In this document: piece by piece, positions 1 through 11,745 of the stretch
Layout of the letters: each line of letters starts with the position of its first letter
How positions within the stretch are numbered: the first letter of the stretch is position 1
NCBI GenBank assembly: GCA_043228905.1
Contig: JBHGNT010000002.1
Span: 12,214,001-12,278,000, forward strand
From: Azolla caroliniana
Lineage: Eukaryota > Plantae > Polypodiophyta
Reading direction: 5' to 3'
Length of the DNA: 64,000 bases
Made by a program: the position numbers and the translations under genes
The notes under the pieces: generated by a model
What the model was told of the DNA's origin: nothing
Seen by the model: the letters and a program-made list of their open reading frames with translations, nothing else
Database searches by the model: none

Positions 1-405
1 CGGCCAGTGAAGCAAGCAACATGGCTTAGCCCCATTGTAGTTGTACCAAAGAAAAATGGCAAAATCCGAGTTTGCGCCGACTACCGCAAGTTAAACGCCG
101 TTACGATCACAGACGTATTTCCTTTGCCGTTTATGGATAGCGTACTCGACGCCGTTGCAGGTCATGAAGTGTACAATTTCCTAGATGGGTTTATCGCATA
201 CAAGTAGATACGCATGCACCCGGATGATCAGGAGAAAACCACTTTCATAATAGACTAGGGCGTGTTTTTGGCCGTAGTAATGATGTTTGGATTAAAGACC
301 GCCCCGACAACATTCCAACATGTCATCACCAAGATTTTTGACGACTTCATCCTTGCGTTCATGTAGGTTTTCCTCGATGACTTTGCGGTTTATGGAATGC
401 AAGAA
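1..405 (+). pseudogene. pol: Ty3/Gypsy reverse transcriptase fragment (degenerate; same group as the element at 11.7-17.3 kb)
   Basis: WLSPIVVVPKKNGKIRVCADYRKLN...FLDGF, then VMMFGLKTAP and FLDDFAVY with in-frame stops. Confidence 0.9.
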
Positions 406-551
406 CCCAAGATAGCATCAAGCATAATAAATAAGTTTGTCCTCATGTAATTAATGGGCTCCTTGATAATGTCATTCACGTATGTATTCCAAGCTACCCA
501 TGCTACTTGATGGAGCAAAAACGATATAAGTGTTATAATCCTATAACAAAG

Positions 552-946
552 TGTAAAAACGAAGGTGCGGAAACGTCAAACAAACCGGCTCAGCCGGATA
601 GCAATAGACTCAGAGAGAGAGAATAGAAACACAGAGTGTACGCGGGACAGATAGAGAATGAGCAGAATGTTAAAAATCTATTACAAAACAATAATAGTTC
701 TCCCTCACACAATACAACATGCTTCAACAACACTATTTATACAAGTCCTAAGAGGACTGACAGAAGTAAGGTGTACTTCAATGCTCACACAAGCGTCTGA
801 CACTAACTATGAGTCATTTACTACCTAGCAATGTAGGCTTCTGGTTACTGCTGGATCCGGCTAACCAGCTCCCCAGCTCACCGGCTCACCGATCCGGCTC
901 AAGCTTATTCAGCCGATCTGGATCCAGTTGAGGTTGCCGCTCAACA
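552..946 (-). repeat. 3' LTR of Copia-1
   Basis: tgtaaaaacg...ctcaaca; direct repeat of 6983-7380; next to the PPT (ttccccctcaagct = AGCTTGAGGGGGAA on minus, 947-960). Confidence 0.95.
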
Positions 947-1293
947 TTCCCCCTCAAGCTCAACTTGAGTTGGATCGTAGTGTTAGTCTCCATGTCAGCC
1001 GGTCCTTCCACCCGGCTCCTTCTAGCGTCACTCCGCCTCGCTCGTGTTCCTCGTCCGGTCCGGTCCCGTTTGCCGCGACCCTTCTGATTCTACGCACGTC
1101 GACCTCCTCGGTTGTCTTGTCTGCTCAACAGGCCCAATTCAGCTCCCTCGCTGTTGTGACTTCAGCGCTTGCTGATTCGTCGATTCCTTCGTGTTGGCGT
1201 CAACTTTCGCTGCCTTCTTGTCCTCTTGGCCTTGAATTGATCCGGTACCTCCGAATCCATCTATTGAACCGAATCGGCTGTCTTTGATTCTTT

Positions 1294-4200
1294 CTAGCTC
1301 TTCTCCGAATCGGTCACACCCGATTCATCATCCGGTTCTAGGCGCTTTTCAACAACGGACCATGTCCGGGTCTTGGCCTTTGTCTTCTTGTTTCTCCCTT
1401 TGTCGGTTCTGGTGTCTTTTCTCCCTCTCAAGTGTGGCACGTCTAGATGCTGAACACCAAGCATTTCGGTGAAGTGTTGCAACTTGTCCGATACGAGTGG
1501 TTTGGTGACGATGTCGGCAATTTGCCGATCCGTATGAACATACCGAAGTTCAACTGCACCGCTCAGGACACGCTTACGCACGAAGTGGTAGTGCACTTCT
1601 ATGTGCTTCGTGGGAGCATGGAACACGGGGTTCTTGGTGAGCTGCATGCTACTTATGTTGTCGCAGTAGATCAAGATCGGGGTCGGCACCTCGATCCGCA
1701 GGTCTTGCAGTAGTCGCCAAAGCCAAATGGCTTCACAGGTGGCAACAATAGCGCCCTGATATTTAGCCTCAGTGCTCGAAAGGGCGATTGTTGGCTGCTT
1801 TTTGCTGCTCCACGCAACAGCCACGCTACCAAGGGAAAAAATATAGCCGGAGGTGGATCAGCAATCCGATGCATCACCAGCCCAGTCGGCATCAATGTAG
1901 CCGACTAGCTCTTTGGTTATACCATGCTGGTATAACAATCCCCAGTCCTTCGTGCCGCTCACATATCGTAAAATTCGATTCGCACACAGAAGGAGCTCCA
2001 CGTTCGGCTTCTGCATATATTGGCTGAGCACGCCGATCGGATAACTGATGTCGGGTTGGGTGATTGTCAAATATATAAGGCTTCTGACGATTTGTCGGAA
2101 CCGCTTCTCATCGCAGGCCGGTCCGGAGTCGGGACGGAGCTTCTAGTTCCCATCTAGGGGTGTGGAGATTAGTCGGCATTCCGTCATGCCGAACTTGTAC
2201 AACATATTCAACACATAGTGTCTTTTGAGAGCAATATGCCATCAGGGGTTCGGATCACCTCGATCCAAAGGAAATAGTGAAGGTCCCCTAGGTCCTTCAT
2301 CTCAAATGCTTCTGATAGTTGGGACTTGACTACGCTGATTTCATTGAGTCTTGGTCCGGTGATGACTGATCATCAACATACAGCAAGATGCAAACCAGAC
2401 CATCCGAACCTCGCCGGATGAACAACAAAGAGTCGGACTTGGAGGCCGCAAACCCCATCTTACACAATCGGTGCGTGATCTTCGCATTCCAAGCTCGAGG
2501 GGCTTGCTTCAGGCCATAAACTGACTTCTTCAGTTGGCATACCGCCAACTTGTTCATCTTTGACTGGAAACTGGGGGGTTGGGTCATAAAGACCTCTTCT
2601 TCAAGATCGCCTTGAAGAAATGCATTCTTCACGTCCATTTGGTGAAGATGCCACCCCCTTGCCGCAACAACCGCCAGCACCACACGAACCGTCATCATCT
2701 TCGCTACCGGAGCGAAGGTCTCGTCGTAGTCGATTCCGTGGGTCTGCGCGTATCCCTTCGCCACTAACCGGGCCTTGTACCGGTTAACCGAACCGTCCAC
2801 ATTGTACTTTACCTTGTACACCCACTTACATCCGATCAGTTTACAATGTCGGGGAGGATCAACTAGGTCCCATGTATCGTTGGCATCAAGTGCTCGCATT
2901 GCTTCCTCCATAGCGGCCCGCCAATTGGCGTTCTTTGCCGCTTCTGCGTAGCTCTCCAGCTTACGTAGTTCCACCACCTTAGTCATGTACGCATAATGAT
3001 GTGCCATGTAGTCATTGTACCCGTACCGCTTCACGGGGTTCTTCTGGTGGGAAGACCGGTGTATCTTATCGTTACCCGGTTTGAGGCCCTTCTTGGCCAG
3101 TTCGGGCTTTGTTCCCCAAGATCTGCCTTCATCTTTTCTGGAGTCAGATTCACTCCGATCCAACTCAACGTTGCCGGTTTCGTATTCCGGCATCTTCCTC
3201 TTCCCCTTCTCTTTGCGCGTGAACCATCTCCTCAGTTCCTTGCGCGGGGAGAGCACGACAGAGTCTCCACTACTCGTCGATTCCTCATTGGACTGGTCAT
3301 CCCGACTCAGCCGCTTATTCGGTCCACTTAACCGAAACGATTCGGGACTCACATCAAGATTCTCGAACCCTTCGTCTTCTGATTGGACCGGTTCAGGCTC
3401 ACTAGCCTCATCCTCCGGTATTGGGTCGGGGTCGGAAGTCGAAGCCGGTAAGGGATACCATGATGCCATCTCATCAAACTCAACATCCCGGCTAACTCGG
3501 ACCTGATTCGTCCGGGGGTTATAACACTTATACCCCTTTTGCTCATGCGAGTAATCGACCATGATGCATTTCTCCGACTTTGCATCCATCTTCCTCCGCT
3601 TCTCATCCGGCACATGCACATATGTAATGCTAGCGAATATCCGAAGGTGTCTCAGATTCGGCTTGCACCGGAAATACAGCTCATGCGCGGACACCATGTC
3701 ACCGATCCGGTTTTGGATGTAGACGGCCGTCCGGACCGCCTCAGCCCAGTAGAAATGGGGCAAGCTCTTCTCCTCCAGCATTGCCCTTGCCGCGTTGACA
3801 ACTGACCGGTTCTTCCTTTCGGCCACACCATTTTGCTCCGGTGTGTACCTGCAACTGAATTCTCTCCGAATTCCATTCTGCTGCAGATAACTGTTGAATT
3901 GGCCGGAAAAGTATTCTTTCCCGCCATTCGACCACAAGCACTTGATCTTCCTCTCTGTTTCCCGTTCAACAAGGCTTTGCAGGTTCCGGAAACACTCGAA
4001 GACTTCGCTCTTCTGCTCAATGAGGTAGATCCCCATGTGCCAACTGTAGTCGTCGATGAAGGAGACGAAATACCGACTCCCGCCAAGACTAACGTTTTGT
4101 GTCGGTCCCCATACATTTGAATGAATAAGGTCGAGCTTGTTACGGCTACGGTTTCGTTCAATGGGGAATGGAAGCCAGTGTTGCTTCCTGAGTTGGCAGG

Positions 4201-6890
4201 CTTCACAAATTTCGGCCTTCCAGCCGCTAAATTTCGGCAAACCGAAAACGACTTGTTTCGATTGCAGGTCTTGAAGACTCAGATAATTGACGTGGCCGAT
4301 CTGCTTGTGCCAAAGATCGATATCCGATTCAATCTTCTGTCCTTTGGCGAACAAAGCGGTGCCGACGTCATTGGTGTCGAGGATAAACATCCTCCCGTCT
4401 CTGCGCCCTTGCACAATGATTTGGCTCTCTTCCTTGATTAAGCACCCAAGGTGCGTAAACCGCACCTACATTCCCTATTCAACAATATGTCCAACCGACA
4501 CCAGGTTCTTCGTAATAGTCGGAACGTGTAATACGTTCATCAGCTTCCCCCTTTGTCCGACATGGCTCAAAGGGACTTCTGCGACATGCACGATTAGGTG
4601 AGGAGTGTCGTCTCTGGTTTCGACAATTCCTTGTTGTTCCGGTTTCTCCAGGAAAGAGAACCACTCCTTGTGGCTAGTCATGTGATTCGATGCATCGGAG
4701 TCAACGTAGCACACTTCCTCCGATTTGGAAGTGGTCTTCTTCATTGAATTAGCCTCATGTTTCATCACCAAGGCTGGCCCTTTACGAGCTTTTCTGGTTT
4801 TGGATCCTCCTGATCCTTGCGCGTAGTGCAAGGATTGCCGGTTCTCTCTGCCGGCCTTGCCGGATCCAGATCTGTCCGAATCGGCACTTTTCTTCCAGTA
4901 CTCGCTTTCTCTGTGGCCCTTTTTACCACAATACCAGCATTCCATGACGGCCTTTGCTTGCCAGCCTCTGGCGCCGCCTTGACTCCCCTTACTTATGGAG
5001 GGTTCGGAACTACTATCGGCACCTTCTCTGTGCCTTTGGTCCTGCACTTGTTGGCCGCTACCATTGCGAGCCGACCCGCCTTGTCCACTACGCCCACGGG
5101 GCCGATCCGCCTCTGTGTACAACATCCGATTGTCGGTGGGTGCACTTGTTGACGCACCAGCGTGGTTCTCGTCTACAAGGAGCATCGGCTGTAAGTCGAA
5201 AAATGACGGCGTATTCTCCCTTGTAAATACCGTCGTTCGGAACGCTCTGAGCTTAGACGCTAGGCCCCCAAGACAGATCTGCACCATCTCTTCTTCCTCT
5301 ATAGTGACATTGATAGAGGCAAGTGAATCACAGATCTCTTTGATTTGGGCCATGTAATCGGCTACTGACATGTCCTTCTGTCGGACATTGCTCAACTCTT
5401 GTAGGAGTTGCAACTTTCGAGTCGTAGTGCTTGCCGCGAAAACCTTCTTCAGGTTTCTCCAAGCTTCTTTTGGCATCTTGGCATCTCGGACATGGCTCTA
5501 CAGCTGGTCTTCGACACTGGACGCAAAGTAGTACATCACTTTGCTTGCCACTTGTTCCCACTCTAGGAAGTCCTTGTGTGCCGCATCAGGTGTTGTGTCG
5601 TTAGCTCTGTCAACATAGCTCTAGTAACCATGCCCAAGCAAGTACTAGTGCATCTTGTATGACCAAGATGCGTAGTTGGTTCTGTGAAGATCCGTCACTA
5701 CGTGCAGATCGCGAGGCGGACCTACCGGGGTTCTGAACTGGAAGGATTTGAAGTTGCACTAGCTTTAGCGAGAAACTATTTAAGATAGATTGAAAGAGAG
5801 AGAGAGATTGAGATAAGATATAATGCTTGATTTTAGATTGAGAGAGAGATTAAGATTGAACTCTTGACTTTAGATTTGAAGAACAAGATTAATACATCAA
5901 TTGGATAACGAATTTTCTTCTTAATATTAATTTTGATATAAAGTACAAAGCTTGCTTTGATCCGAATTTTACATTACAAAAAATTCCCCTTTGATATTTT
6001 TCATCCCCTCTTTTATAGGTGCCCTCATGCATTTGAGGGTTCAAGACATGCATAAAATGCATGTTTGCCATTTGGTGCTCATGTATTACATGTGGTGCAT
6101 GATAACCACGTCACTCATTTTAGCTCTCATGTATGAGAACTTACATGTAAAGTTACAATGATAAAAATATTATTTCAAGAAAATGTCTTGGCTTAGTGTT
6201 AAGCCTATAGACTCTCAACTTGGAGGTGCAAGGTTCAAATCCACACTTGCACTCCTTGTGTATATATATATGTGTGTATATATATATATATATATTTATT
6301 TATTTATATATCTATTCGGTCGCCGGATGCCGGATGACGCCGGATATCGGATGTCGGTAGCCATCGTTGCCACCAGATACCGCCTCGCTGGCCCGTCGGA
6401 TGCCGATACCGCCGGATCACCGGCTCCGTCAGATGCCGATACCACTGGATCGCCGATCGCCCGTTACCGTCCAGTTCCGTTTTGGTTGGCCAAAACCTTT
6501 ACAAGTGGCTAAACCACCTCCAGTCTTAGTTCATGTTACCTTGTACTCTCTATGTTCCACACATAGACACAAAGATAATAACTTTTGATCTACCTTATGG
6601 TGAGAGCCTTATTCGTCCTATCTATGTGGGATATCTCACAATTTTCGCTTTTTCTTTCGCAACTTCGCCCACATAAGTTGACACTTAGATGTCCGTTTCT
6701 CATGTAGTAAAGTCCATCTGTTCAAGATCTTCGTCTTTTGTACTAAGATATTAAACTTACTTAGAATTAGTATATTCACTATTATTGTTTTATATGATCG
6801 ACACTTGATTTCGTACGTCTTATGTGATTTTCACACCATTTCCGAAAATCTTCACGACACCGGGAGCGAGCTAGCCATTCCTCTGTCCAT
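1294..6890 (-). pseudogene. gag-pol: Copia-1 gag-pol polyprotein, broken by stops, frameshifts and an insertion
   Basis: Zinc knuckle CWYCGKKGH; protease VDSDASNHM; integrase SNVWGP, FIDDYS, PEQNGVAERKNR; RT YKARLVAKG, QMDVKNAFL, LLYVDD; RNase H DADWAGD, LSSTEAKY, CDNISS, KHIEVHYHF. Confidence 0.93.
5683..6859. mobile_element. About 1.18-kb solo-LTR-like insert interrupting Copia-1 gag
   Basis: Non-coding block separating gag codons MASSLP (6860-6878) from RTNYASWSYKMH (to 5682); ends tgtgaagat / atcttcacgaca form an imperfect inverted repeat; contains a TA microsatellite; no clean TSD. Confidence 0.6.
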
Positions 6891-6970
6891 CACTTCTCTT
6901 TCTGTTTTTACCGCGTCTTAGGGTTTGTCTTCAGATGCTGATGTTGGCTACAGAGATTCTCAACCCTCGC

Positions 6971-6982
6971 GCTCTGATACCA
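6971..6982 (-). promoter_or_regulatory. Primer-binding site (tRNA-iMet) of Copia-1
   Basis: gctctgatacca = TGGTATCAGAGC, abutting the 5' LTR. Confidence 0.95.
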
Positions 6983-7380
6983 TGTAAAAACGAAGGTGCG
7001 GAAGCGTCAAACAAACCAGCTCAACCGGATAGCAATAGATTGAGTGAGAGAGAGAATAGAAACATAGAGTGTACGCGGGAGAGACAGAGAATGAGCAGAA
7101 CGTTAAAAATCTATTACAAAACAATAATAGTTCTCCCTCACACAATACAACATGCTTCAACAACACTATTTATACAAGTCATAAGAGGACTGACAGCAGT
7201 ACGGTGTACTTCAATGCTCACACGAGCGTCGGACACTAACTACGAGTCATTAACTACCTAGTAGTCTAGGCTTCTGGTTACTGCTGGATCCAACTAACCG
7301 GCTTACTTGCTCATCGGCTCACAGATCTGGCTCATCCTTCCGAATGCCGATCCGGATCCGGTTGAGTTTGCCGCTCAACA
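6983..7380 (-). repeat. 5' LTR of Copia-1
   Basis: Direct repeat of 552-946 with many substitutions; followed by the TSD CAAAG. Confidence 0.95.
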
Positions 7381-7492
7381 CAAAGTAAGTAAGGGTCTCA
7401 TGAGATGTGGTCTTTGATGAACTGAGACCATGGTATGAAGATAAAGGAAAGGGAAAAGTTCTCGAAGAAGATTATGATGATTATGTAGGAAC

Positions 7493-7871
7493 TGTTGAGA
7501 ATCAAGCTCAACTTGGTCTAGTGTGTGAACTCACCTTCAGAGTGAATAGACACTCCAACGGTCAAGAGTCACCATTATGTCACCTCTTGTATTCTAGCAT
7601 TTAGTATGAGTCATAGAATCATATTCTATGACACATAACTTATGAGCTTTCACATTCCCCATGCTCCATGAGTCTTGTAGTTAATGAAGAGAGAGGGTGA
7701 CTATATAAAGCACCCTCCTCCCACCTTGTAATGCGTTGAGTCTTTCTCCGTTGTGAATATACTTACCCGTGTCTTATTCCTTGTCTCTCTCACTCTCTCT
7801 CTCTCTCTCTCATACACGCACATATCTCATATCTTTTCCGCTTCACAAGAATCCATATCCGATTCTTTACA
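7493..7871 (+). repeat. 5' LTR of Copia-2
   Basis: Same termini as the Copia-1 LTR family (tgttgag...tttaca), TATA-like ctatataaa, CT microsatellite, followed by an iMet PBS; left edge inferred because no partner LTR is present. Confidence 0.75.
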
Positions 7872-8030
7872 TGGTATCAGGGCGATTTGGTAGCTCGATC
7901 TAGCCCATTTGCCTCATCGTGATCGTGTGTTGTGCTCCACGCCGACGACCAAGAACCGGCTCATCGTTATCGTAGCTTTGCTACATAGCTAGCATTTGAA
8001 GAGAGAAGAAGAAGAAGAAGAAGAATCATA

Positions 8031-11000
8031 ATGAATACTCAAATGGGGAGCGCTCTCCCTACCGAGCAGTTGGATCGAAACAACTTCGCATCTTGGGAGT
8101 ACAAGATGCACCAATACCTTGTCGGACAAGGCTATTGCAGCTACATCAAAGGAGCGCATGAAGACCGACCCGCCGAAGCGGCTCCCGGATACGCGACATG
8201 GGAGCAAGCCGCAAGCCGCGTGATGTATTGTTTGGCGACATGTGTTCACGAGCACATGCTCGGCTACATTCGTGAAGCCAAGACGCCGAAGGAGGCATGG
8301 GAAAATCTACGAATGATTTTCGCGGCAAACACAACCGCAAGAAGGCTTTAACTCCGCCAAGAGTTGAACAACATTCAACAAAGGGACATGTCCATTACGA
8401 CATACACCTCGAAGATCAAGGAGCTTTGCGATTCCCTTGGCTCGATAAGCGAAAATATCGATGATGATGAGATGGTTCAAATATGTCTCGGCGGCCTCGC
8501 ACCACGGTTCGGCGGATGCGAACCGCCGTTCTAGCACGGGAGAAATCTCCCTCCTTCTTCGAGCTCCAATCAATGCTATTTGGTCGAAGAAAACCACATG
8601 CGTACAAGGAGAAATGAGTCAGAAGGCCACATGCTCTACACGCACTCGAACGGAGGAAGAGGACGCGGACGGTCAAGAGGCCGATTCGGCCAAGGACAAG
8701 GCGGACGAGGTCCAACCTACGATAACAACTCCCAATTTCGGCCGCAAAACGGAAGCCAACGAGGAACCTTTGCAAGAAGGAGGAGCTTCCACTCCGGCCC
8801 GAGCCGTCAAAATGCAACCGAATGCGGATATTGCGGAGAGCTCGGCCACCACGAAGAAGAGTGCCGAAAGAAGATGTGTGAATCGGTTTCCACAAGCCGA
8901 AAACTCACGAATTACACGCACAATTCCGACAACGAAGAGTATAGCGGAATGTACAGGAACAACTCCGACTACGAAGATTGTGGCGGAATGTATGCACGCA
9001 ACTCCGACCTTGGCGGAATGTTCATGATGAAACATAGAGCAAACTCTATGTCGGCCTCTACCTCAACTAGTGCCCTCAATCCGGAGGACGTATGGTTTGT
9101 TGACTCCGGAGCCTCAAACCATATGACATCTCATAAAGAATGGTTTCTCGAACTTCGAGAGCCAGAGCGACCCGGTTATGTCGAAACCGGAGATGACACT
9201 ATGCACCCGATTCGGCACATCAGCAATGTTCCGTTTGGCGAAAGAGGTAAGCAAACATACATTAAAAATGTCTTGCATGTTCCCACCATCACGAAGAATT
9301 TGGTCTCGGTCTGCCAAATGGTTGAGTAAGGGATGCAAGTATGATTCGACCAAGAAGGGTGCTTCATCGAAAAAGAGTGCCGAATCATCACGCGTGGAAG
9401 AAGAGAGGGCCGGATGTTCATTCTCGATTCACACAAGATGAAATCCGCCATGTTCGCAGAAAGCACGAAAGCTGACTCCAACATAGAGCTATGGCACAAG
9501 CGAATCGGCCACATCAATATTAACAAACTCAAAGCGATGAAATCGACAGGAGTCGTCATCGGACTATTGACATTCAAAATGAAGGAGATTGAAGGTGTAT
9601 GCGAAGCGTGCCAATTCGGCAAGCAACACCGACACCCATTCCCGAAAGAGCGGAACGTGAGCAAAGGTCTACTCGACGTAGTCCATTCCAACGTATGGGG
9701 ACCGGCGTAGATCGCTACATTCGGCGGATGCCGATATTACGTGCTCTTCATCGACGACTTCTCCAGGCACACTTGGATCTACCCGATGTGGCAAAAGAGC
9801 GAAGTGTTCGGACACTTCCAAACATTCAAGAATGAAGTCGAGAAAGCCACGGGCCGACATGTACGTTGTCTTCGATCAGATGGCAGCAAGGAGTACTTCT
9901 CGGATGATTTCACGGCGTATCTCCGAAAGGAAGGAATTCAGCGAGAATTCAATTGCCGACACACTCCGCAACAAAACAAAGTAGCCGAGCGCAAAAATCG
10001 GCACATCCTCGAAGTAGCGGGGGCCATGATGAACGAGAAGCATATGCCCAAGTCATATTGGGCCGAAGCTGCAAACACGGCCGTCTACCTAATGAATTGA
10101 TGCACAACATTTGGCGTGCACGAGGTTACTCCGCACGAAAGATATTTCGGAAAGAAGTCGGACTTATCGCACACCCGGATATTCGGCGCGATAGCGTACG
10201 TGCACATCCCCGACTAGAAGCGTCAAAAGCTTGACCCGAAGTCGGAGAAATGTATCCTCGTAGGATACTCACTGGAGCAAAAGGGGTACAAGTGCTACAA
10301 CCCTTCAACTCGAAAATCTCGAGTAAGTCAAGATGTCGTTTTTGACGAGTCCGCATCCTGGTACGCACCGGCGACAACTCCGACTCCGACTCCGCCTGAT
10401 CCAGAATCCGCCGAACAAGAGATAGAGGATGAAGATAGCCTTATGCGCATGTTCGAAGAAAGTCCGATCACGACCCAACTGAGCGGACCACAAGAGCCTT
10501 TGAGCGATCAAAGCACATCACGGCCTAGCCCGAAGATGGACAAAGGCAAGGTGAAAATGGCGGAATACGAAGGCGATCGCTTCGATGACGATGAGTCGAG
10601 TCACTCACTCGACAGTGAGTTCGGCGGCTTCGATGTACCAATCGGAGCTAAGAAAGCCCTCATCTCTGCAAATGAAAAGCTCCGTCGCTCCACCCGTGAA
10701 AAGAATCCGGTCAGCCGATTCAGCTACAACGACTACATGGCATATCACTATGTCTTTATGATGAAGATGGCAATAGTACGCGAGCCGGAAACATTTTCCG
10801 AAGCAGCCAAGGATCCGCGATGGATCGAAGCCATGAACGAGGAGATGCAGGCACTACGCAAGAACGAGACATGGGATCTCATTCCCACCTCACCGCACAA
10901 AAAGGCGATTGGATGGAGATGGATTTACAAAGTGAAGTACAACGCTGACGGTTCCGTCAACCGCTACAAAGCGCAACTCGTAGCGAAAGGATACGCTCAG

Positions 11001-11745
11001 ACGCATGGCGTCGACAACAAAGAAACCTTTGCTCCGGTGGCAAAGATGACGACGGTACAGACCGTCATTGCGCTTGCCACGGCGAAAGGGTGGCACCTCC
11101 ATCAAATGGACATCAAGAACGCCTTTCTACAAGGTGAATTGGAAGAGGAGGTGTACATGATACAACCACCTGGCTTCAACTCGAACACCCATTCGAAAGT
11201 TTTATGCCGACTCAAGAAGCCACTCTACGGCCTCAAGCAAGCACCGTGCTTGGCATTCGAAGATAACGCAATATCTTCATCAAATTGGCTTTCGTATGTC
11301 GAAATCAGACAACTCCCTCTACATACGAAGCGATTCCGCCAGTCCGATCGTCATCATCTTATATGCGGATGACCTAGTCATTGGAGGTGAGCATCTCATC
11401 GAAATCAATAAGGTCAAATCCCTCCTTTCCGATAAGTTCGAGATGACGGACATGAAGGAGCTCCGCTACTTCCTCGGCATCGAGGTAATTCGGACTCCGG
11501 CCGGAATCATGATTTCTCAACGGCACTACATCCTCCGCTAAGTTTGGTATGGCTAAGTGCATATCCATGAAAACTCCGCTTGATCGTAATCTCAAACTAG
11601 ATGCGAACTCCAGCACCAAAGCGTGTGAGCCGACTCAGTATCGGCAACTTATCAAGAGTCTCATCTACCTCACGATCACTTGACCCGATCTCAGTTATCT
11701 GATCGGTCTCCTTAGTCAATTCCTGCAAACACCGTGTGATACTCA
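8031..11745 (+). pseudogene. gag-pol: Copia-2 gag-pol (frameshifted, with premature stops)
   Basis: LDRNNFASWEYKMHQYL, CGYCGELGH, WFVDSGASNHM, CEACQFGKQHR, FIDDFSR, YKAQLVAKG, QMDIKNAFL, ILYADD. Confidence 0.92.

Larger units (their letters stand above)
552..7380 (-). mobile_element. Copia-1: full-length, degenerate Ty1/Copia LTR retrotransposon
   Basis: Paired LTRs 552-946 and 6983-7380 (TG...CA); 5-bp TSD CAAAG at 547-551 and 7381-7385; PBS, PPT; gag-PR-INT-RT-RH order. Confidence 0.95.
490..7492 (+). pseudogene. Old AT-rich Copia relic (post-integrase region) split by the 552-7380 insertion
   Basis: Joining the flanks across the CAAAG TSD gives EQKRYKCYNPITK*VRVS*DVVFDELRPWY, the Copia GYKCYNP..VSRDVVFDE motif. 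Confidence 0.75.
7493..11745 (+). mobile_element. Copia-2: 3'-truncated Ty1/Copia related to Copia-1
   Basis: 5' LTR tgttgaga...tttaca (7493-7871), PBS tggtatcagggc (7872-7883), gag-PR-INT-RT; ends before RNase H; no 3' LTR. Confidence 0.88.
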
